Of a stretch of 64,000 bases of DNA, positions 1 through 14,300 are shown one piece after another. Position 1 is the stretch's first letter; each line of letters starts with the position of its first letter. The notes under the pieces were generated by a model that ran no database searches, was not told where the DNA came from, and saw only the letters and a program-made list of their open reading frames with translations. This stretch comes from Stegostoma tigrinum (taxonomy: Eukaryota): assembly GCF_030684315.1 (NCBI RefSeq), contig NC_081397.1:11928421-11992420 (forward strand), given 5' to 3'. The position numbers and the translations under genes are program-made.

Positions 1-379
1 CTTGCCGTCTACTCCTGATTGATGCGAGACGAAAAACTTCAAACAGAATCTGTTCGTTTTCCAGGTGCAGTCCTGCCAAGTGAATATCATCAAAGATTCC
101 CAGCTTCCCAAAGTGGTCTGTGTCTACTTAATGACCTATTCTACAGGTGTGGGGGTGGGGGAGGGGGGTGGGTGGTGGGGTTGTTGGGAGGTTGGCATTG
201 GGTGTGTGGTTTGGCTGGGGGGGGTGGTGTGGTGTCAACTTCAGAGAGATACATGATCGCGATAACGGTTTGTACAAAGTACAGCTTTCTGTCGGTATTT
301 ACTGTTTAAAAAGCAATTGGTGCATCAATTACAGATCATGGTCAATTCACCACAGTCTTACCAGATCATTAGAGCTGCT

Positions 380-545
380 CTCCCGTTGGAGAGAGCGGAT
401 TGGAAGGTGATGGAACCTGAGGGTCACTGCGCCTCAGGTGATTGGGAGGTTCAAAAGGAGAGTCCTTCACGGTAACCCCATCCGGTGTAGGATTTGAACC
501 CACACTGTTACCATTCTAATGCATCACAAAGCAGCCATTCTGAGG
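380..545 (-). mobile_element. tRNA-derived SINE fragment
   Basis: Minus-strand pol III B-box GGTTCAAATCC at ~490-500 followed by a SINE-like body (CCTGAGG...CCTCAGG hairpin). Confidence 0.5.
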
Positions 546-639
546 CAGGAATAGTCGCTGATCTGGAGAGGGGGTGTAATTACAAAACAAATAGCCTTGC
601 CCCTCTCCCCACCTCAACATCATTGGAGATAAAGAGCTT

Positions 640-1280
640 TGTGATGATACTGTCGCTTTAAGAGATTATTTTGTCCTGGTTTCTTTTGAGAGAGAGAGAT
701 TGAATGAGAGCCATTGAGCTCCCTGGTTAAGGCCACTTGACTAAACAGTTTGAGTTTTTTTTTCCAGCTCTGGTGGGTGTGGCCAGCTCTCTCAGAAGAT
801 CAGGATTTCTCGGTTTTGTTTCATTTCACATGCACCTGAAGCTGTTGGCATCTCAAGTGCCTTTGAAGCTTCAGTGGATGTCTCCCGGCTCCTGCTGTCT
901 CTGTATTTTCTGTTGACTTTTTATCCTCCTGGATTGGAGATCTGCACGTGAGAACCTGTGTCTCAATTTTCCATTTCTGTCAAGGACTCTGTTTATGGGA
1001 TGTTACTTTTTCTTAAAACAGTTAATTAGCAATAGTTACTATATCTACTATTTTGTTACATTTCCAACAGTGATAAGTTATTCTTAAATCGTCTTTCTTT
1101 TGTTGCATTTTAACTATAGTGTTTAAATAAATTGTTTTGCTTAACATTGAGTTGTTTGCCCAATCGCATTGCATCTGAAACCAGCACTTCATGTTTGCTT
1201 TGAAAAATAAAGTTAGGGGAGAGACTACCTTCTGAAAATTCTTTGAGTGGGTCTGGCCTGGTCTAGTCTTGTCCATAACA
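640..1280 (+). mobile_element. Probable solo LTR
   Basis: Starts TGTGA (640), ends ATAACA (1280), AATAAA at ~1126 and ~1206, no coding content. No clean TSD seen. Confidence 0.5.
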
Positions 1281-1534
1281 GACTGAATAATTCCAAAGAT
1301 TTCTCTTGGGAAGACAGACTGAGCGGTTTTGGCCGATACTCTCTGGACTTCAGAAGAATCAGAGGGGATCCAAAATGCTAAAGTTGGGGGATTGACAAAG
1401 GAGATGGAGAGAGGATGTTTCCTCATGTGGGAAAATCTAAAATGAGAAGTCAAGTCAAGATAAGGAGTTGGGGCAGATTGAAAATGGAGATGAGGAGGAA
1501 TGGCTTCTCTCAAAGGTTGGGGAGAACGGGCATG

Positions 1535-1702
1535 TCTAACCTGCACATCCATTGGAGTGTGCCAGGAAACAGGAGCACCTGGAGGAAACCCACACCATCA
1601 CAGGGAAAATGTGCAAACTTCACACAGACAGTCACCTGAGGCTAAAATCAAAGCTGGATCCCTCACACTGTGCAGCAGCAGCGCTAACCACTGAGCCACC
1701 AT
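1535..1702 (-). mobile_element. HE1/V-SINE, 5' half
   Basis: Reverse complement has a tRNA-like head (GGTGGCTCAGTGGTTAGC) and the V-domain (GTTTGCACATTTTCCC...GGGTTTCCTCCAGGTGCTCC). Confidence 0.8.
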
Positions 1703-2939
1703 GTCATCCATTGAGCCTGTTCCACCTTTCAGTATGTGCCTTCACACCATTAACTTGCCTTTAGTCCCATCCCCTTATTATCTCAGCCAAACAAAAATCT
1801 GTCAGATTGGAAACTAACCACTGATCCAGCCACTGCTGTGTTTGTGGAAAAGAGATTTAAACGTCGATAACCCTTGTGTGTAATCATTTAACGGAATGTT
1901 TTCAGCCTAACGTTAGCAACATACCATGGCGATCCAAATATGAAGCCGTTCTTACTATTTTTTTTGAAACAGAATTTTCCTTACACCTGTGAATGCTCTC
2001 AGTTTCGATTATAACCTCTGGAAAACGCACACGCCCACCTGATCATGTGTTATTTGCTTACAGAAATCTACTGGTTGAATTCCTGTAGCCACAGGTTTTG
2101 GGGCAGGATTTTTGTTTGTCAAAGAGATACATCATGCTTTATGCCCCAAGTTTGTATGTTTGCTTTAGAAGTCCCGTAACCAGTAAGGGGCGGCAGGCAC
2201 TAACGTCCAACTGGCAAGCTGAGCCCAGAATATCAGGATGGAGCTGGGGAATACTTTACGACAGAGAATCGAGGAGAAAGTGGGAGAAAGAAACAGAGTG
2301 GTGATAAGGGAGGGTCCTGGGAATGAAGCTTCATTGAATTGAGATGCCTGGTCAATTTGCTCATTTCGAAAGTTTGGGGCATCTCACAATAAAGTCATAG
2401 AATCGTACAGTACAGAAACAGGGCCTTAGGCATAACTTGTCCAATCCAACTGGGCTTTCCATAATAAACTAGTCTCACGGCCTGCAAATCCCTTTTGCAC
2501 CCTCTCCAATTTAATACGATCTTCCCTTTTGCTGAGGTACCAGAATTATACACAGTCATCTAAAAGTGGCCAGACCAATGTCCTGTACAATGGCAACATG
2601 ACGTCCCAAATCCTATTATCAATGGTCTGACTGATGGATGCAAAAATGAAATCTGAATGGTGGCATGTGATCAGGAATGTACACTTTAATACAACAGAGT
2701 CTCACAGTACTGGAGAGTCTTTTCGATCCATCCAGACTATACCGACTAACAATAAAGGATGTTCCCAGTCACGATGGGGCAGCTCAGAACCAGGGGGTGA
2801 CGGTGTAAAGGGGACAAGGTAGGACTGAAATGAGGAAAAATGTCTTCACCCAGAAAGTGGGGAGCATGTGGGATTCTCTGCCACAGCAAGCGATTGGGGC
2901 CAAAACATTGAATGTGACTCCATCTCTCAGTCCTGTCAT

Positions 2940-3092
2940 CATCTCTGTATATCTGTCTCTCCCTCTGTCTCTCTCCCTCCCTCTGTGTCTCTCGCTCTGT
3001 CTCTGTCTCTCTCGCTCTCTCTCTGTCTCTGTCTCTCTCCTGTCATCATCCTTTTCTCTCCCTTCATCCTGCTGTCATCTCTCTCTCTTCCT
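2940..3092. repeat. (CT)n/(CTGT)n-rich microsatellite
   Basis: Direct inspection. Confidence 0.85.
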
Positions 3093-3534
3093 CACCCGAC
3101 CCTCACTTCCAGAAATTTTAATTGCAGGCTCGAGCGCGCGAAAACAGCCTGGTCCTGGCATCTCAGTCGTATGTGAATAATCTGGGAGATAAATGCACAC
3201 CATGTTTCATTTATATATACATATGTAACAACCACTGACAGAAAGTAAACATGGAAAACACCTTCACATGCATCGCACGGGTCCAAATGTAAAGTCAACC
3301 TCTTTCTGTCTGGGAGGGGAAACACTTTGGGAATTCAATTAATTTCACCTCTGACATTTCTGAAAAAGAAAATAAATAGGAGCAGAGAATGACGCCACTC
3401 GGTCCATCTGCCAGTGGTGTAATTTGTAATCTGTGACCATCCATCTCCCTGAGAGTGTTACAAACTAGTTTCTCCCCACCTCCCCCTTCCTCCACAATTT
3501 ACTCCCTTTAACTGCAGCAAGTAAAAGGAACACA

Positions 3535-4030
3535 TCAAACACTAATACAGCAGAAACAGACCCTTCAGCCCAACCTGTCCATGCCAGCCAGGTTTTCTAA
3601 TCTACCCTACTCCCATCTGCCTGCATTTGACCCATGTCCCTCGAAACCTTTCCTATTCATGTCCCTGTTTAAATGCCTATTAAATGTGTGATCGTACCCA
3701 CATCTACAACATCGTCTCCCAACTCATCCCATACACGCACCACTTTCTGTGTGCAACAGTTGTCCATTAGGTCCCTTTTAGATCTCTCCCCTCTCACCTT
3801 AAACCTACGCCCTTTAGTTTTGGACTCCCCCGCCCTGGGGAAAAGACCTTGGCTATTCACCTTATCTCTGGCTTTCATGATTTTGTTGACCTCTGTAAGA
3901 TCACCCAGCAACCTCCACTCTCGGGGGGGAAAAAATGTCCCATCCGAATTAGCCCCTCCCTCCAACTGAAACCCTCCATTCCCAGTAACATCCTTGTCAA
4001 TCTTTCCAGTTTAATAATATCCTGTCCATA
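3535..4030 (-). mobile_element. CR1 LINE 3' fragment
   Basis: ORF 3669..3965 matches the CR1 ORF2 C-terminus (GDLTEVNKIM...LFPR...FKVRG...TQKVVRVW). Confidence 0.8.
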
Positions 4031-4839
4031 GCATTTAATGCATTTCTGTTTTGGTCATTTAAGGATTTCTCATGATCAATCTTGCCAATGGATCCACCAA
4101 AGAGAATGAATTGCCTCCAGTTATCCCTTCAGTTTCTCTCCCATCAATAATGCTGGAGAAACACGACCTACTTGTGCACAGCCTTTCCAAAGCATACATG
4201 ATCTTGAGGGACCGACTCCCCACCCCAGGGAGACAATCTAAAGGGGGAGATTAGGGTCCACCTTCTGCAGATTGGTCTGCAGCTCTAAACCTTCTGGCAC
4301 GGGGTTGGGGGGGGGAAGCTCTAGTGGCTTCTGTGGGATGACCTTGGGCGAGAGAGAACAGAAAATGATACTAACCACCCAGAGAGAAGTCGAATGGACT
4401 GTCTGCAACCGGAACACACAAGACAAGGAACTAAACCTCATCTGTTGGTCCTTATCTGATAGAAACACTTGTCAGTAAGGCATTAGAATGGATGCAGAGT
4501 CGACAATCTCAAAATACTAACTCACTCTCTCTCTCTCTCTCTCTCTCGATACCCCACGCCCTCCCCTCGCTGACAGATGCTGTCAGACCTGTTGAGTTAC
4601 CCCAGTGCTCTCTGTGTTGGTTTCAGATCTCCAGAACCCTGCACTGTGTTGCTTTTGCAACCTTACAAGCTGTGTTCCTTGCTTCAGACACCAGTGCCCC
4701 GACTTCTGGTGAAATGGTGTCCTCTGTTGTTCAAGCATAGAGGAAAGATATGGCTAACACATTTCAAAATAGCATTGCATCACTGTCAGAAAGGAAACAC
4801 AGGACAATGAGACGACATTGCTTGGTAATGGTGTACATA

Positions 4840-5400
4840 TGACCAGAGGATCAGAAGTAGGCCATTCAGCCCATCTGGCTGCTCCACCTTTCAACCATGA
4901 CTGTGGCTGAACTGCTCATTCTTAACTCTACTTTGCTGCACTTCCACCCCTTGCCCCATAACCTTTGATTCTCCTTCCTGATTGAAAATCTCTCTCAGAC
5001 TTGAATATACTGAATGACCTGGCAGTGACAGCCCTCTGTGGTAAAGAATTCCACAGATTCACTCCCCTCAGAAGAAGAAATTCCTCATCTCCATCTTCAA
5101 TGGATGAACGCCTATTAAGAGATGATGCCCCTCTGGTCCCAAATTCTCCCACATGAGGGGCAACAGCTCCCCATCAAATTCCTCAAAGGATCTTCAATGA
5201 GGCCACCTCTCATTCCTATAAACTCCAATGAGGATAGGCCAACAGACTCAATCTCTCCCTCATCAGACACTCCCTCCATACTCGGGATCAGCCGAGTGAA
5301 CATTCTTTGAACCTGCCTCCAACGCTAGACTCCAACGCTAGACTCTCCTTCTTTAAATACGAGGCCACAAAACTGCTCAACATATCTCAGCTGTGTCTTG
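4840..5400 (-). mobile_element. CR1 LINE 3' fragment
   Basis: FTRLIP..., VNLWNSLPQ... peptides in minus-strand ORFs. Confidence 0.8.
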
Positions 5401-5529
5401 TATAGTTTTTTTTAGAAAAATTTCCCAACGTTTATCTTACATTGAAGGCTGACGTTTCGGGCCTTGATCCGATGGTTCATTTAAACCCTTCTTCCGAAAA
5501 AAGGATCTTGGCCCGAAACTTCAGCCTTA

Positions 5530-6520
5530 CCTTACCAGTGGTGTACCACAAGGATCTGTTTTGGGGCCACTGCTGTTTGTCATTTTTACAAATGACCTGG
5601 GCACAGAAGGATGGGTTAGTGAATTTGCAGATGACACTAAAGTCATTGGATTTGTGGATAGTGCAGAAGGATGTTGCAGGTTACAGAGAGACATAGATAA
5701 GCTGCAGAGATGGGCTGAAAGATGGGAAATGGAGTTTAATTTGGAGAAATGTGAGGTGGTTCCCTTTGGAAGGAGTAACAGGAATACAAAATACTGGGCT
5801 AATGGTAAGATTCTTGGTCGTGTGGATGAGCAGAGAGAGCTCAGTGTCCATGTGCACAGATCCCTGAAAGTTACCACCCGGGTTGATAGGGTTGTTAAGA
5901 AGGCATACAGTGTATTCGATTTTATTGGTAGAGGGATTGATTTTCGGAGCCATGAGGTCATGTTGCAGCTGTACAAAGCTGTGGTAGGCTACAGTTGGAG
6001 TATTGTGTACAGTTCTGGTCGCCACATGATAGGAAGGATGCGTAAACATTAGAAAAGTGTGCAGAGGAGTTTTACCAGGATGTTGCCTGCTATGGAGGGA
6101 GGATCTTATGAGGAAAGGCTGAGGGACTTGAGGATGTTTTCATCAGAGAGAAGAAGGTTAAGAGGTGACCTAATAGAGACAAACAAGATGATCAGAGGAT
6201 TAGATAGTGTGGAAAGTGAGAGCCTTTTTCCTTGGATGGAGATGGCTAGCACGAGGGGACATCGCTTTAAATTAAAGGGTGTTAAGTATAGGACAGATTT
6301 CAGAGGTAGGTTCTTTACTCAGAGAGTAGTAAGGGTGTGGAATGCCCTGCCTGCAACAGTAGTCGACTCATCAAGTTTAAGGACATTTAAATGGTCATTG
6401 GATAAACATATGGGTAATCATGGAATAATGTAGATTGGATGGGCTTCAGTTTGGTTTCACAGGTTGGTGCAACATCGAGGGCCAAAGGGCCTGGGCTGTC
6501 TGTAGTGTTCTATGTTCAAT
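5530..6520 (+). mobile_element. 5'-truncated CR1 LINE (RT C-terminal half and 3' tail)
   Basis: GVPQGSV-GPLLF, FADDTK, RRLRGDLIE, FFTQRVVRVWN and a TTCTATG-type tail; frameshifted. Confidence 0.92.
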
Positions 6521-6529
6521 GTAATTTAA

Positions 6530-7730
6530 TGGGTAATTAACAATGGGTTGGGAGTGTATGGGCTGCCAGCAGGAAAGTGCAGTTGGCGTGGGGTGAGATC
6601 AGCCACAATTTTATTAAATGGCTGAATTGCTACTCCTGCTGCTAATTCTTTTGTTCTCAGATTATGGGAGGATACGGACTGGCTGATCAGTAGCAACTGG
6701 AATTCAATTCAGGTACATGTGAGGCAATGCACATGGGCAGGGCAAACAAGTGAATGGAGTACATGACAAACAATGTAGGACTAAGGATCAGAGGGACCTT
6801 GCATTATTTGCCCATCTGTCCCTTAAGGTAAGAGAACAGCTCGCTAAAGGGGTTAGAAACCAAATGAGACACTTGCCTTTGTTAGTCGAGGCACAGAGTT
6901 TGGGAGCGAGGAGGTTATGCTGGAACTGCATATACAGTTGCTGCGGCCCCAGCGAGAGTGTTGTGCACAGCTCCGGAATCAACAGAATAGGAGGGATGTG
7001 ATTTCACTGGACACAGCACAGAGGAGATTTATCAGAAAGCTGTCTCAGATGGAAAGCTTTAGTTATGAAGAAAAGTTGGGTAGACTGGATTTTTTTCTGG
7101 AGCAGAGGAGATTGAGAGGCACAGGGTTGAGATATATAATTTAGACAGTCATGGCGGATTTCAAGCCTGGATTCCCTGAATTTCTGAATTACCACTAAAC
7201 CGAGGCATTCCCGAGAATTTTGACACAGCAACAATTGGCACGAACTGCAATATTGTTCCAAGTTTGCACGAAGGAGATATTTACAGGACAGATGAGGGAA
7301 TGTGTGTCTTTGCTGCATATGCTACCTGGGTTAATGCTTGGTGCTCTGACCATTTTCATTCCCTTTGGACTTTTCTGTGGTGGTTTGATATTGAATAAAA
7401 TATTTAATACAGAGCACTCGGAAAGCAGGGGCTGGGTTGGACAGAGGCGGTATGGATGTCCAAATGGGAAATGATGCTGTCCAAATCTCCAGGAATTCTT
7501 CAAGGAAATAAATAGTGGAGTTGATGAGGGGGAGTCAGTGGTTGTGCTTTATTTGGACTTTGAGAAGGCTTTTGACAAATTCCAACGGAAGATACCAGTG
7601 TGTAAAGCTAAAGCGCCCGGGATTGGGGTAGTGTACTGAGATGGGTAGGATACTGTTTGCAGATAGAAACAAAGAGTAGGGATAAACAGGCCTTTATTTA
7701 AATGATGGGCAGTGACTAGTGGGTGCCATA
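6530..7730 (+). mobile_element. Degenerate CR1 fragments
   Basis: QRRFIRKL...SYEEKL and LDFEKAFDK-like segments. Confidence 0.65.
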
Positions 7731-7734
7731 AGAC

Positions 7735-10620
7735 AGTAAGATATAGGGGCAGAATTAGGTCATTTACATCATTGAGTCTGCTCCCACTATTTGATCATGT
7801 TTCTCAACCCTGTTCTCCTGCCTTCTGCCCTTGACCCCCTCACTGATCAAGAACGTATCTATTTCTGCCTGAAGTACACTCACTGACTTGGCCTCCACAG
7901 CCCTCTGCAGCAATAAGTTCTACAGGGTCACCAGTTTGTGGCTGAAACAAATTCCTTATCTCAGTTCCAAAATGTCATCCCTTCACCTCGATTGTGCTCT
8001 TGGGTTTTAGTCTCCCTTACTAGTGGAAACAGCTTCTGCTTGTCTGCTCGATCCACAGCTCTCAGTATCCTGTAGGTTTGAATTACCAATCATCCTTCTA
8101 AACTCCAATGAATACAGACCCAGTGTCCTCAACTACACATCATTCATCCTCAGGATCATTCTTGTAAACTTCTTCTGCACCCCCTCCAATGCCAGCCCAT
8201 CCATCCTCCGATATGGTTTGCAAAACTTCTCATGATATTCCTAAAGCAGTACAGATCTGCTCTTGTATCCTTGCCCTTTTGATATGAATGCTAACATCAC
8301 ATTTGACTTCCTAACTGCCAGCTGAACCTGTATGTTAACCTTAAGAGAATCCTCAACAAGGATTCCCATGTTACTTTGCTCTTCAGATTTCTGAAGGTAT
8401 TCTTCGCTCAGAAAATAATCTGTGCCTCTAATTTTCCTCCAAAATGTATAACCTCACACTTTCCCATGTTGTATCTGTCACTTCTTTGCCTACTCTCCTA
8501 GCTTGCTTGCTTCCTCGGTACTACATGTCCCTCCACCTGTCTTTGTGTCAATAGCAAACCCAACACCAATGTTCTGAGTTCCTTCTTCCTGATCATTAAT
8601 GTATAACCTGAATAGTTGTGGTTGTAATGCTGACCCCTGTGGAACACCACTAGGCACCTGCTGCCATCCTGACAAAAAACCGAGTTCCTGGCAGTCTGCC
8701 AATCCCATATCCATGCCAGTACTTTGCCCCTGACACCATGAGCTCCTATCTTCTTTCACAGCCTCTTGTCAAAGGCTTTCTGGAAATTCAAAGTGTTCAT
8801 GCCCACTGGATATCCTTTCCTAGCTTAGTCATGACCTCCTCAAAGAATTCTAACAGATTTGTCAGGGATGACATCTCTTTGATGCAGCTGTGCAGACTCT
8901 GCATTATTTTATCATGCACTTCCACGTATTCCACCACCTCATTCTTAATAATGATCTCTAAAATCTTACCAATGACCGAGGTCAGGCTTAGCCTCTCTTC
9001 TTAAACCATGGTGTTGGATTAGCTACTCTCAAGTCCTCTAGGACCCTCCCTGACTCCAGTGATTCCTGACAGATCACCACCAATACGTTTACAATTTTCT
9101 CAGACATCTCCTTCTGAACTCTGGGGTGTAGCCTGTCCGTGATTTATCCACTTTCAGGCTTTTCGCCTTCACCAGAACCTCCCCCTTGATGATAACCACA
9201 AACCTCACCTCTGCCCCAAACTCTTTTGAAGTTCTGGTGTTGTTGCTGATGGTCTTCTACTGTGAAGGCTAATGCAAGGTACCTATTCAGTTCCACCACC
9301 ATTTCTTTGTTAGTTCTTCTCCAGCCTCATTTTCTACTCTTTTTTTCTCTCTTAATGTTTAGTATCTTAAAAAAAAACTCTTGCAGTCTTCCTTTCTCTG
9401 ACTGGATAGGCTGCTCTCCTATTGCATCCTCTGCCCCCTTATTGTTGTTTTTGTGATCCTCTGGCTTTTAAAGGCTTCCCAATCTTCTGTTGCTGGCACA
9501 GTGACTCAGTGGTTGTCACTGCTTTTACATGGTGCCAGGGACCTGGGTTTGATTCTACCCTCGGGCAACTGTCTATTGGAGTTTGCACATTACCTGTTTG
9601 CTGGCTTTCCTCCCACAGACCAAAGATGGGCTGGTTAAGGGGATTGACCATGTTAAATTGTCCATCATGTCCAGGAATGTGCAGGCTTGCAGGATTAGCC
9701 ATGGGAAATTAAGGGTTACAGTGACAGGGGAGGGGTCTGGGTCTTGTTGGGATGTGCTTTGGAGGATCAGTGTAGAATCGATGGGCTGAATGACCTGTTT
9801 CCATATTCTTAGGGATTCTATGATTCTGGCTTCCCACTAATCTTCACCACTTTGAATGCTTTTTCTTTTGTTTTTACGCTGTCTCTGACTTCCCTCGACT
9901 GCCATGGTCCCTCATCCTGTCCTTAATATGTTTTGTTTTAAACCCTTGGATGAACATCTGCTGTGCTTCTTCAATTACTCCCAAAAACCTCTGCCATTGC
10001 TGCTTCACTGCCTTCCCTACTATATGTCCCTTCCAACCAACTCTGGCCTGCCTCTCTCACATGTCTTCATAGTTAACTTTGCTCAATTATAATGGCATCA
10101 CATCTGATTCACGCTCAACCATTTCAGACCATAGGGTGATTTTTTAAAAAATGTGATCATTACTGCGCCCGAGGCATTCGTTCACCTTCTGATCTCTAAT
10201 CAAGTCTGCCCCATTACATGTCATTAAATCTGGTATTGTCTGTTCCTTTGTGGGTTCTCCTGTAAGGTGCTCTTTAAAAAAAAGATCTCGCAGACATTCC
10301 GCTGTTTATTTTTTTCTTGAGATACACTCCTTAAGTGATTTTCCCAGTCTGCCTGCATATTGGAGTCTCCTGGTTTATTTTACTCCCCACGTCTTGATCC
10401 TGCTCAAAGGCCTATACACAGCTCCCATCATGGTCTTGTCTTCTTTTGCAGTTCTTCAACTCGATCCATGCAGATTCTATGCCTTCTGATGTTATATCAC
10501 GTTTTGTTCAAAATATAATTTCTTATGGACAAGGCAACGTCACCCTCCTGCCCATCTGCCCATCCATTTGACAGGATGGCTATTCTTGGATGGTCTGTTC
10601 CCAGCCCTGATCCCCTGCAG
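7735..10620 (-). mobile_element. Old, long CR1 LINE interrupted by a SINE
   Basis: Minus-strand SGVPQGSAL, FAIDTK and DFQKAFDK-like motifs with many stops. Confidence 0.75.
9495..9827 (+). mobile_element. HE1/V-SINE
   Basis: tRNA-like head, V-domain and CR1-derived tail ending GATTCTATGATTCT. Confidence 0.8.
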
Positions 10621-11059
10621 CCAAAATGCGTGTTAGGACCCCAGGCTATTCACCAAATATGTCAATGCTTTCGATGAGGGGAACTAAACGTAATATCTCC
10701 ACATCTGCAGATGACACAAAGCTGGGAGGGAGGGGGAGCCCTGAGGAGGATACAGAGATGCTTCAGTGTGATTTGGACAAGTCAAGTGAGTGGCACACGC
10801 AGTTTCATGTCAGTAAATGTGAGTTTCAATCTCTTTATTTGAGGAAGGAGATTCTTGCAATAGCGGGGCTGCAGTGAAGCTTTACTGGGCTGGTTCCTGG
10901 AATGCAGAGCTGATGTCTGAAAGGTACAATCGGTGAGGGTTGTATTCACTGGAGCTCGGAAGAAAGAGGGGGTTTGTCACAGAAACATAAAATCCAAACA
11001 GGACAAGGTCGATACAGAAAGGTTGTTCCTGAATCCAGGGGACTCCAGAACCAGTGATC

Positions 11060-11530
11060 ACAGTTTGTGGCTGTGATGACATCACACACTGACAATTGCA
11101 CAATGACATCACCCACTCCCTGGGGATTTCCTCGAAGGTGGGATTTTTCTGACTCCGGTCTTTCTGATATCTTTGCAGGTGCCGGCTCCAGCAGGAGATT
11201 TCCAAATTGCAGACGGTGAAATTGTTGAACGGTGAGTACCTTTGACCATTCTTTCACAAATTTGAACTTTTTGGTACTGTGCCAGTTATCTGTGAGAGGA
11301 TCCACATGTCTGGGGCTGGTACAACTCCTTCATTGTGGATCTAAATCCACATCCATCCATTGCTCTGCTTCACATCGGTCCTACCTGTTCAGCTCTCTGC
11401 CATTGTCTCACCTCCTCTCTTTTATATTTCCATGTTTGTTTGCTGTGTCTCTGAGGTTTCTAGATTGCCCATCATCCAAATACATGCTGCGGGCTTACCA
11501 GCTTCATCTTCACTTGGCACCTCTCACCAT
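11060..11530 (+). mobile_element. Very degenerate Penelope-like fragment
   Basis: Remnant similarity to the GIY-YIG/HLIFxLGT region seen in the younger PLE copies in this window. Confidence 0.4.
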
Positions 11531-12789
11531 CAGGAATCATAATCGTCATAGAATCATACCGTTCAGAAGAGGCACTTTAATTCATCCTGTCAGCACCAAC
11601 AAAACTACTTGATCTATACCTTTCCCACTTTCTACCACTTTGCCCATCATCTTAAAGGTTATGGCATTTCAAGTGATCATCCTTTTCGTTTTGAAGGTTA
11701 TGAGATTTCCTGCTTCAGTTACCCTCCCACTTGGTGCATTCCAAATACCCACCGCCGTCTGGGTGGGAAAAAGAGTTTATCAATTTCCCTCAATACACTG
11801 TCTTTCACCTTGAAATGATGTCCTATTGACCCTTAAACTGAAGGGAACAAATGCTTCCCATCTGCCCTGTCCATGCCCCGCACAATCTTACAGGAACAGG
11901 AGGAGGCCATTCAGTCCCTCAACCCTGTTCCACCATTCAGTGCTGTTCAGCCACCCTATACTGTCAAAGTGTCTTCAGCACATTGAATTGAGTTACGGCG
12001 AGTCTTAGAGTCATACAACATCGAGGCAGGCCCTTTGGTGCCCCATGTCTCTGCCAACCAACAAACACAAAGCCACACTAATCCCTTTTGGCTGCATTTA
12101 CTTCAGAGACTATTATGTTCTGGCATTTTAAATGTTCATCCAGATGCTGTTTAACTAGTATGGATGTACCTGCCTCCACCACCCTCTAAGCTAGCACATT
12201 GCATATTTCTACCATCAGTCACTCAGAACAATCAAAATTGATGATGAGGAAGCAATGTAGAGAGAAGTCAGATTTTACTGGATCCAGGAAAATGAGGGAA
12301 AACCTAAATTGCATCTGGATGGCAACTCTCAGATTACCGTTCTGGTGCTGCAAGAGGAGTGAAGAATTGCAAACATTCAGCATGTTCAAAACGCCAAAGT
12401 AGGACAGTAGCTTAACTTCTAAATTCTAGAGGGAACGAAGCCACCCGCCAAAGGAAGCAAGCCAAATCGATTGGTAATAGCGAAAATGGCCAGAACAGGA
12501 AGCTGTGAATGGATATTCATTTCTGTGGAAGTGCCTGGCACTTTGGAGAACTTTTGAGAGGATTGTGGCAATACTTGTGATTCCTCCTTTTGGGAAGAAT
12601 ATAAGTCCCCTTTAGTTAAAGGGTTAATAGGACATTGTGTCAAGGGGAAAGACAGGAAATTGAGGAAATTTGATTTTTTTTTTCACCCAGTGGTGGGATG
12701 CAACATGTGGGAGGGTAACTGAAGCAGGAAATTTCTAAAAAAAAATTCTTAGAAGACAACCTTAGAAAAGGAGGAGGAGAGGGGGCCGA

Positions 12790-13135
12790 ATTGAGGTATA
12801 CAAGATAATGAGAGGCATAGATAGAGTTGATAGCCAGAGACTATTTCCCAGGGCAGAAATGGCTAACACGAGGGGTCATAGTTTTAAGCTGGTTGGAGGA
12901 AAGTATAGAGGGGATGTCAGAGGCGGGTTCTTTACACAGACAGTTGTGAGAGCATGAAATGTGTTGCCAGCAGTTGTGGAAGCAAGGTCATTGGGGTCAT
13001 TTAAGAGACTGCTGGACATGCATATGGTCACAGAAATTTGAGGATGCATACATGAGGATCAACGGTCAGCACAACATCGTGGGCTGAAGGGCCTGTTCTG
13101 TGCTGTACTGTTCTATGTTCTACGTTCTATGTTTA
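12790..13135 (+). mobile_element. Young CR1 3' end
   Basis: EVYKIMRGIDRVD...FFTQ and a (TTCTATG)n tail. Confidence 0.85.
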
Positions 13136-13961
13136 ACCTGAAATGTCATATTGTCCAATTGTTACTCAGGGAATTAAGTATTGAACGGGAATGCATAGGA
13201 TGCTCAGTAATGGCGTCTATGGATCTGTTCAGTGTGCTTGTTTTTTTTCATCAATTCATTTCCTTCCAGTAAAGATTTCATTTTGTTAATAATGTGAAAT
13301 CTTGTACCGCAGTTCTTAATGTCAAACCAGGTTTTGGGGCTTTCTATTTGAACGTTAATGGTCGCCAAGTAGTGGGTAAAATAATTTCCTTGCAAATTTC
13401 CTTGTAAAATCAACATTTCAACAACAGTTTGCTTTTCCTGTACAAGTATACGCTTTGCCTAAGCTTCATGATGTACGAAGGCAGGATTGAGAGACAGTAA
13501 CTTGCTTAAAGCTGTTTCCTGACAAACAAACATGTCATATACATGCTTGTGAGGGTATTAATCACTCATTAACTTAACAATACAGCAATTCAGGCAGGAG
13601 GGTTAGAGGGGATGTGTGGAAAATCTTTTTCACCTTCAGGATGATGGAGAATATGGAACTCAAAAACTGTAAGGGTGGGAGAGGCAGCAACTTTCATCAC
13701 ATTGAAGGAGGATTTAGGTGGAAAGCTTGATGCTACAGACAAAGTGGTGGGAAAATGCGATTGGAATATTTAAAGAGTTGTTTTTGACCAGCATGGACGT
13801 GATGGGCCAAAGGGCCTGTTTCTCTGTTGTAGACCTCACTGAGCCAAATGGGTTTTTACTCAAAGCCGCAGTCTCTTTTGGGCCATTAATTTATTGTTGA
13901 ATTGAATTCATTGCAAACAAGTCAAAAAGGCCAGTTTTTAAAATATTCTGACACAAAGCAT

Positions 13962-13996
<35 letters not shown>

Positions 13997-14009
13997 CCCC
14001 TGCCTCACA

Positions 14010-14300
14010 TTGCCAGGGACAATGGTTCAATTGCACTCTTTGGCGACTGTTTGTGTGGAGCTTGTACATTCTCCCTGTGTCTGTGCGTGTTTCCTCCGGG
14101 TGCTCCGGTTTGCTCCCACAGCCCAAAGATAGGCAGTTTAGGTGGATTGGCCATGCAAAATTGTCCATGGTGTTCAGGGATGTGTAGATTAGGTGGGTTA
14201 AAGGGGGATGGGTCTGGGTAGGTTGCTTTGAATGTTGGTATGGACTTTTTGCGTTGAAGGCCCTGTTTCCACACTGTATAGATTCCATGATCTATGAAAT
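14010..14300 (+). mobile_element. HE1/V-SINE
   Basis: V-domain GTGTGGAGCTTGTACATTCTCCCTGTGTCTG...CCGGGTGCTCCGGTTT and CR1-like tail, preceded by (CT)n. Confidence 0.85.

Noticed and set aside
12440-12500. ATGGCCAGAAC preceded by ATTGG, resembling an H3 start
   Set aside because: Only 11 bp match; no further H3 similarity and no stem-loop.
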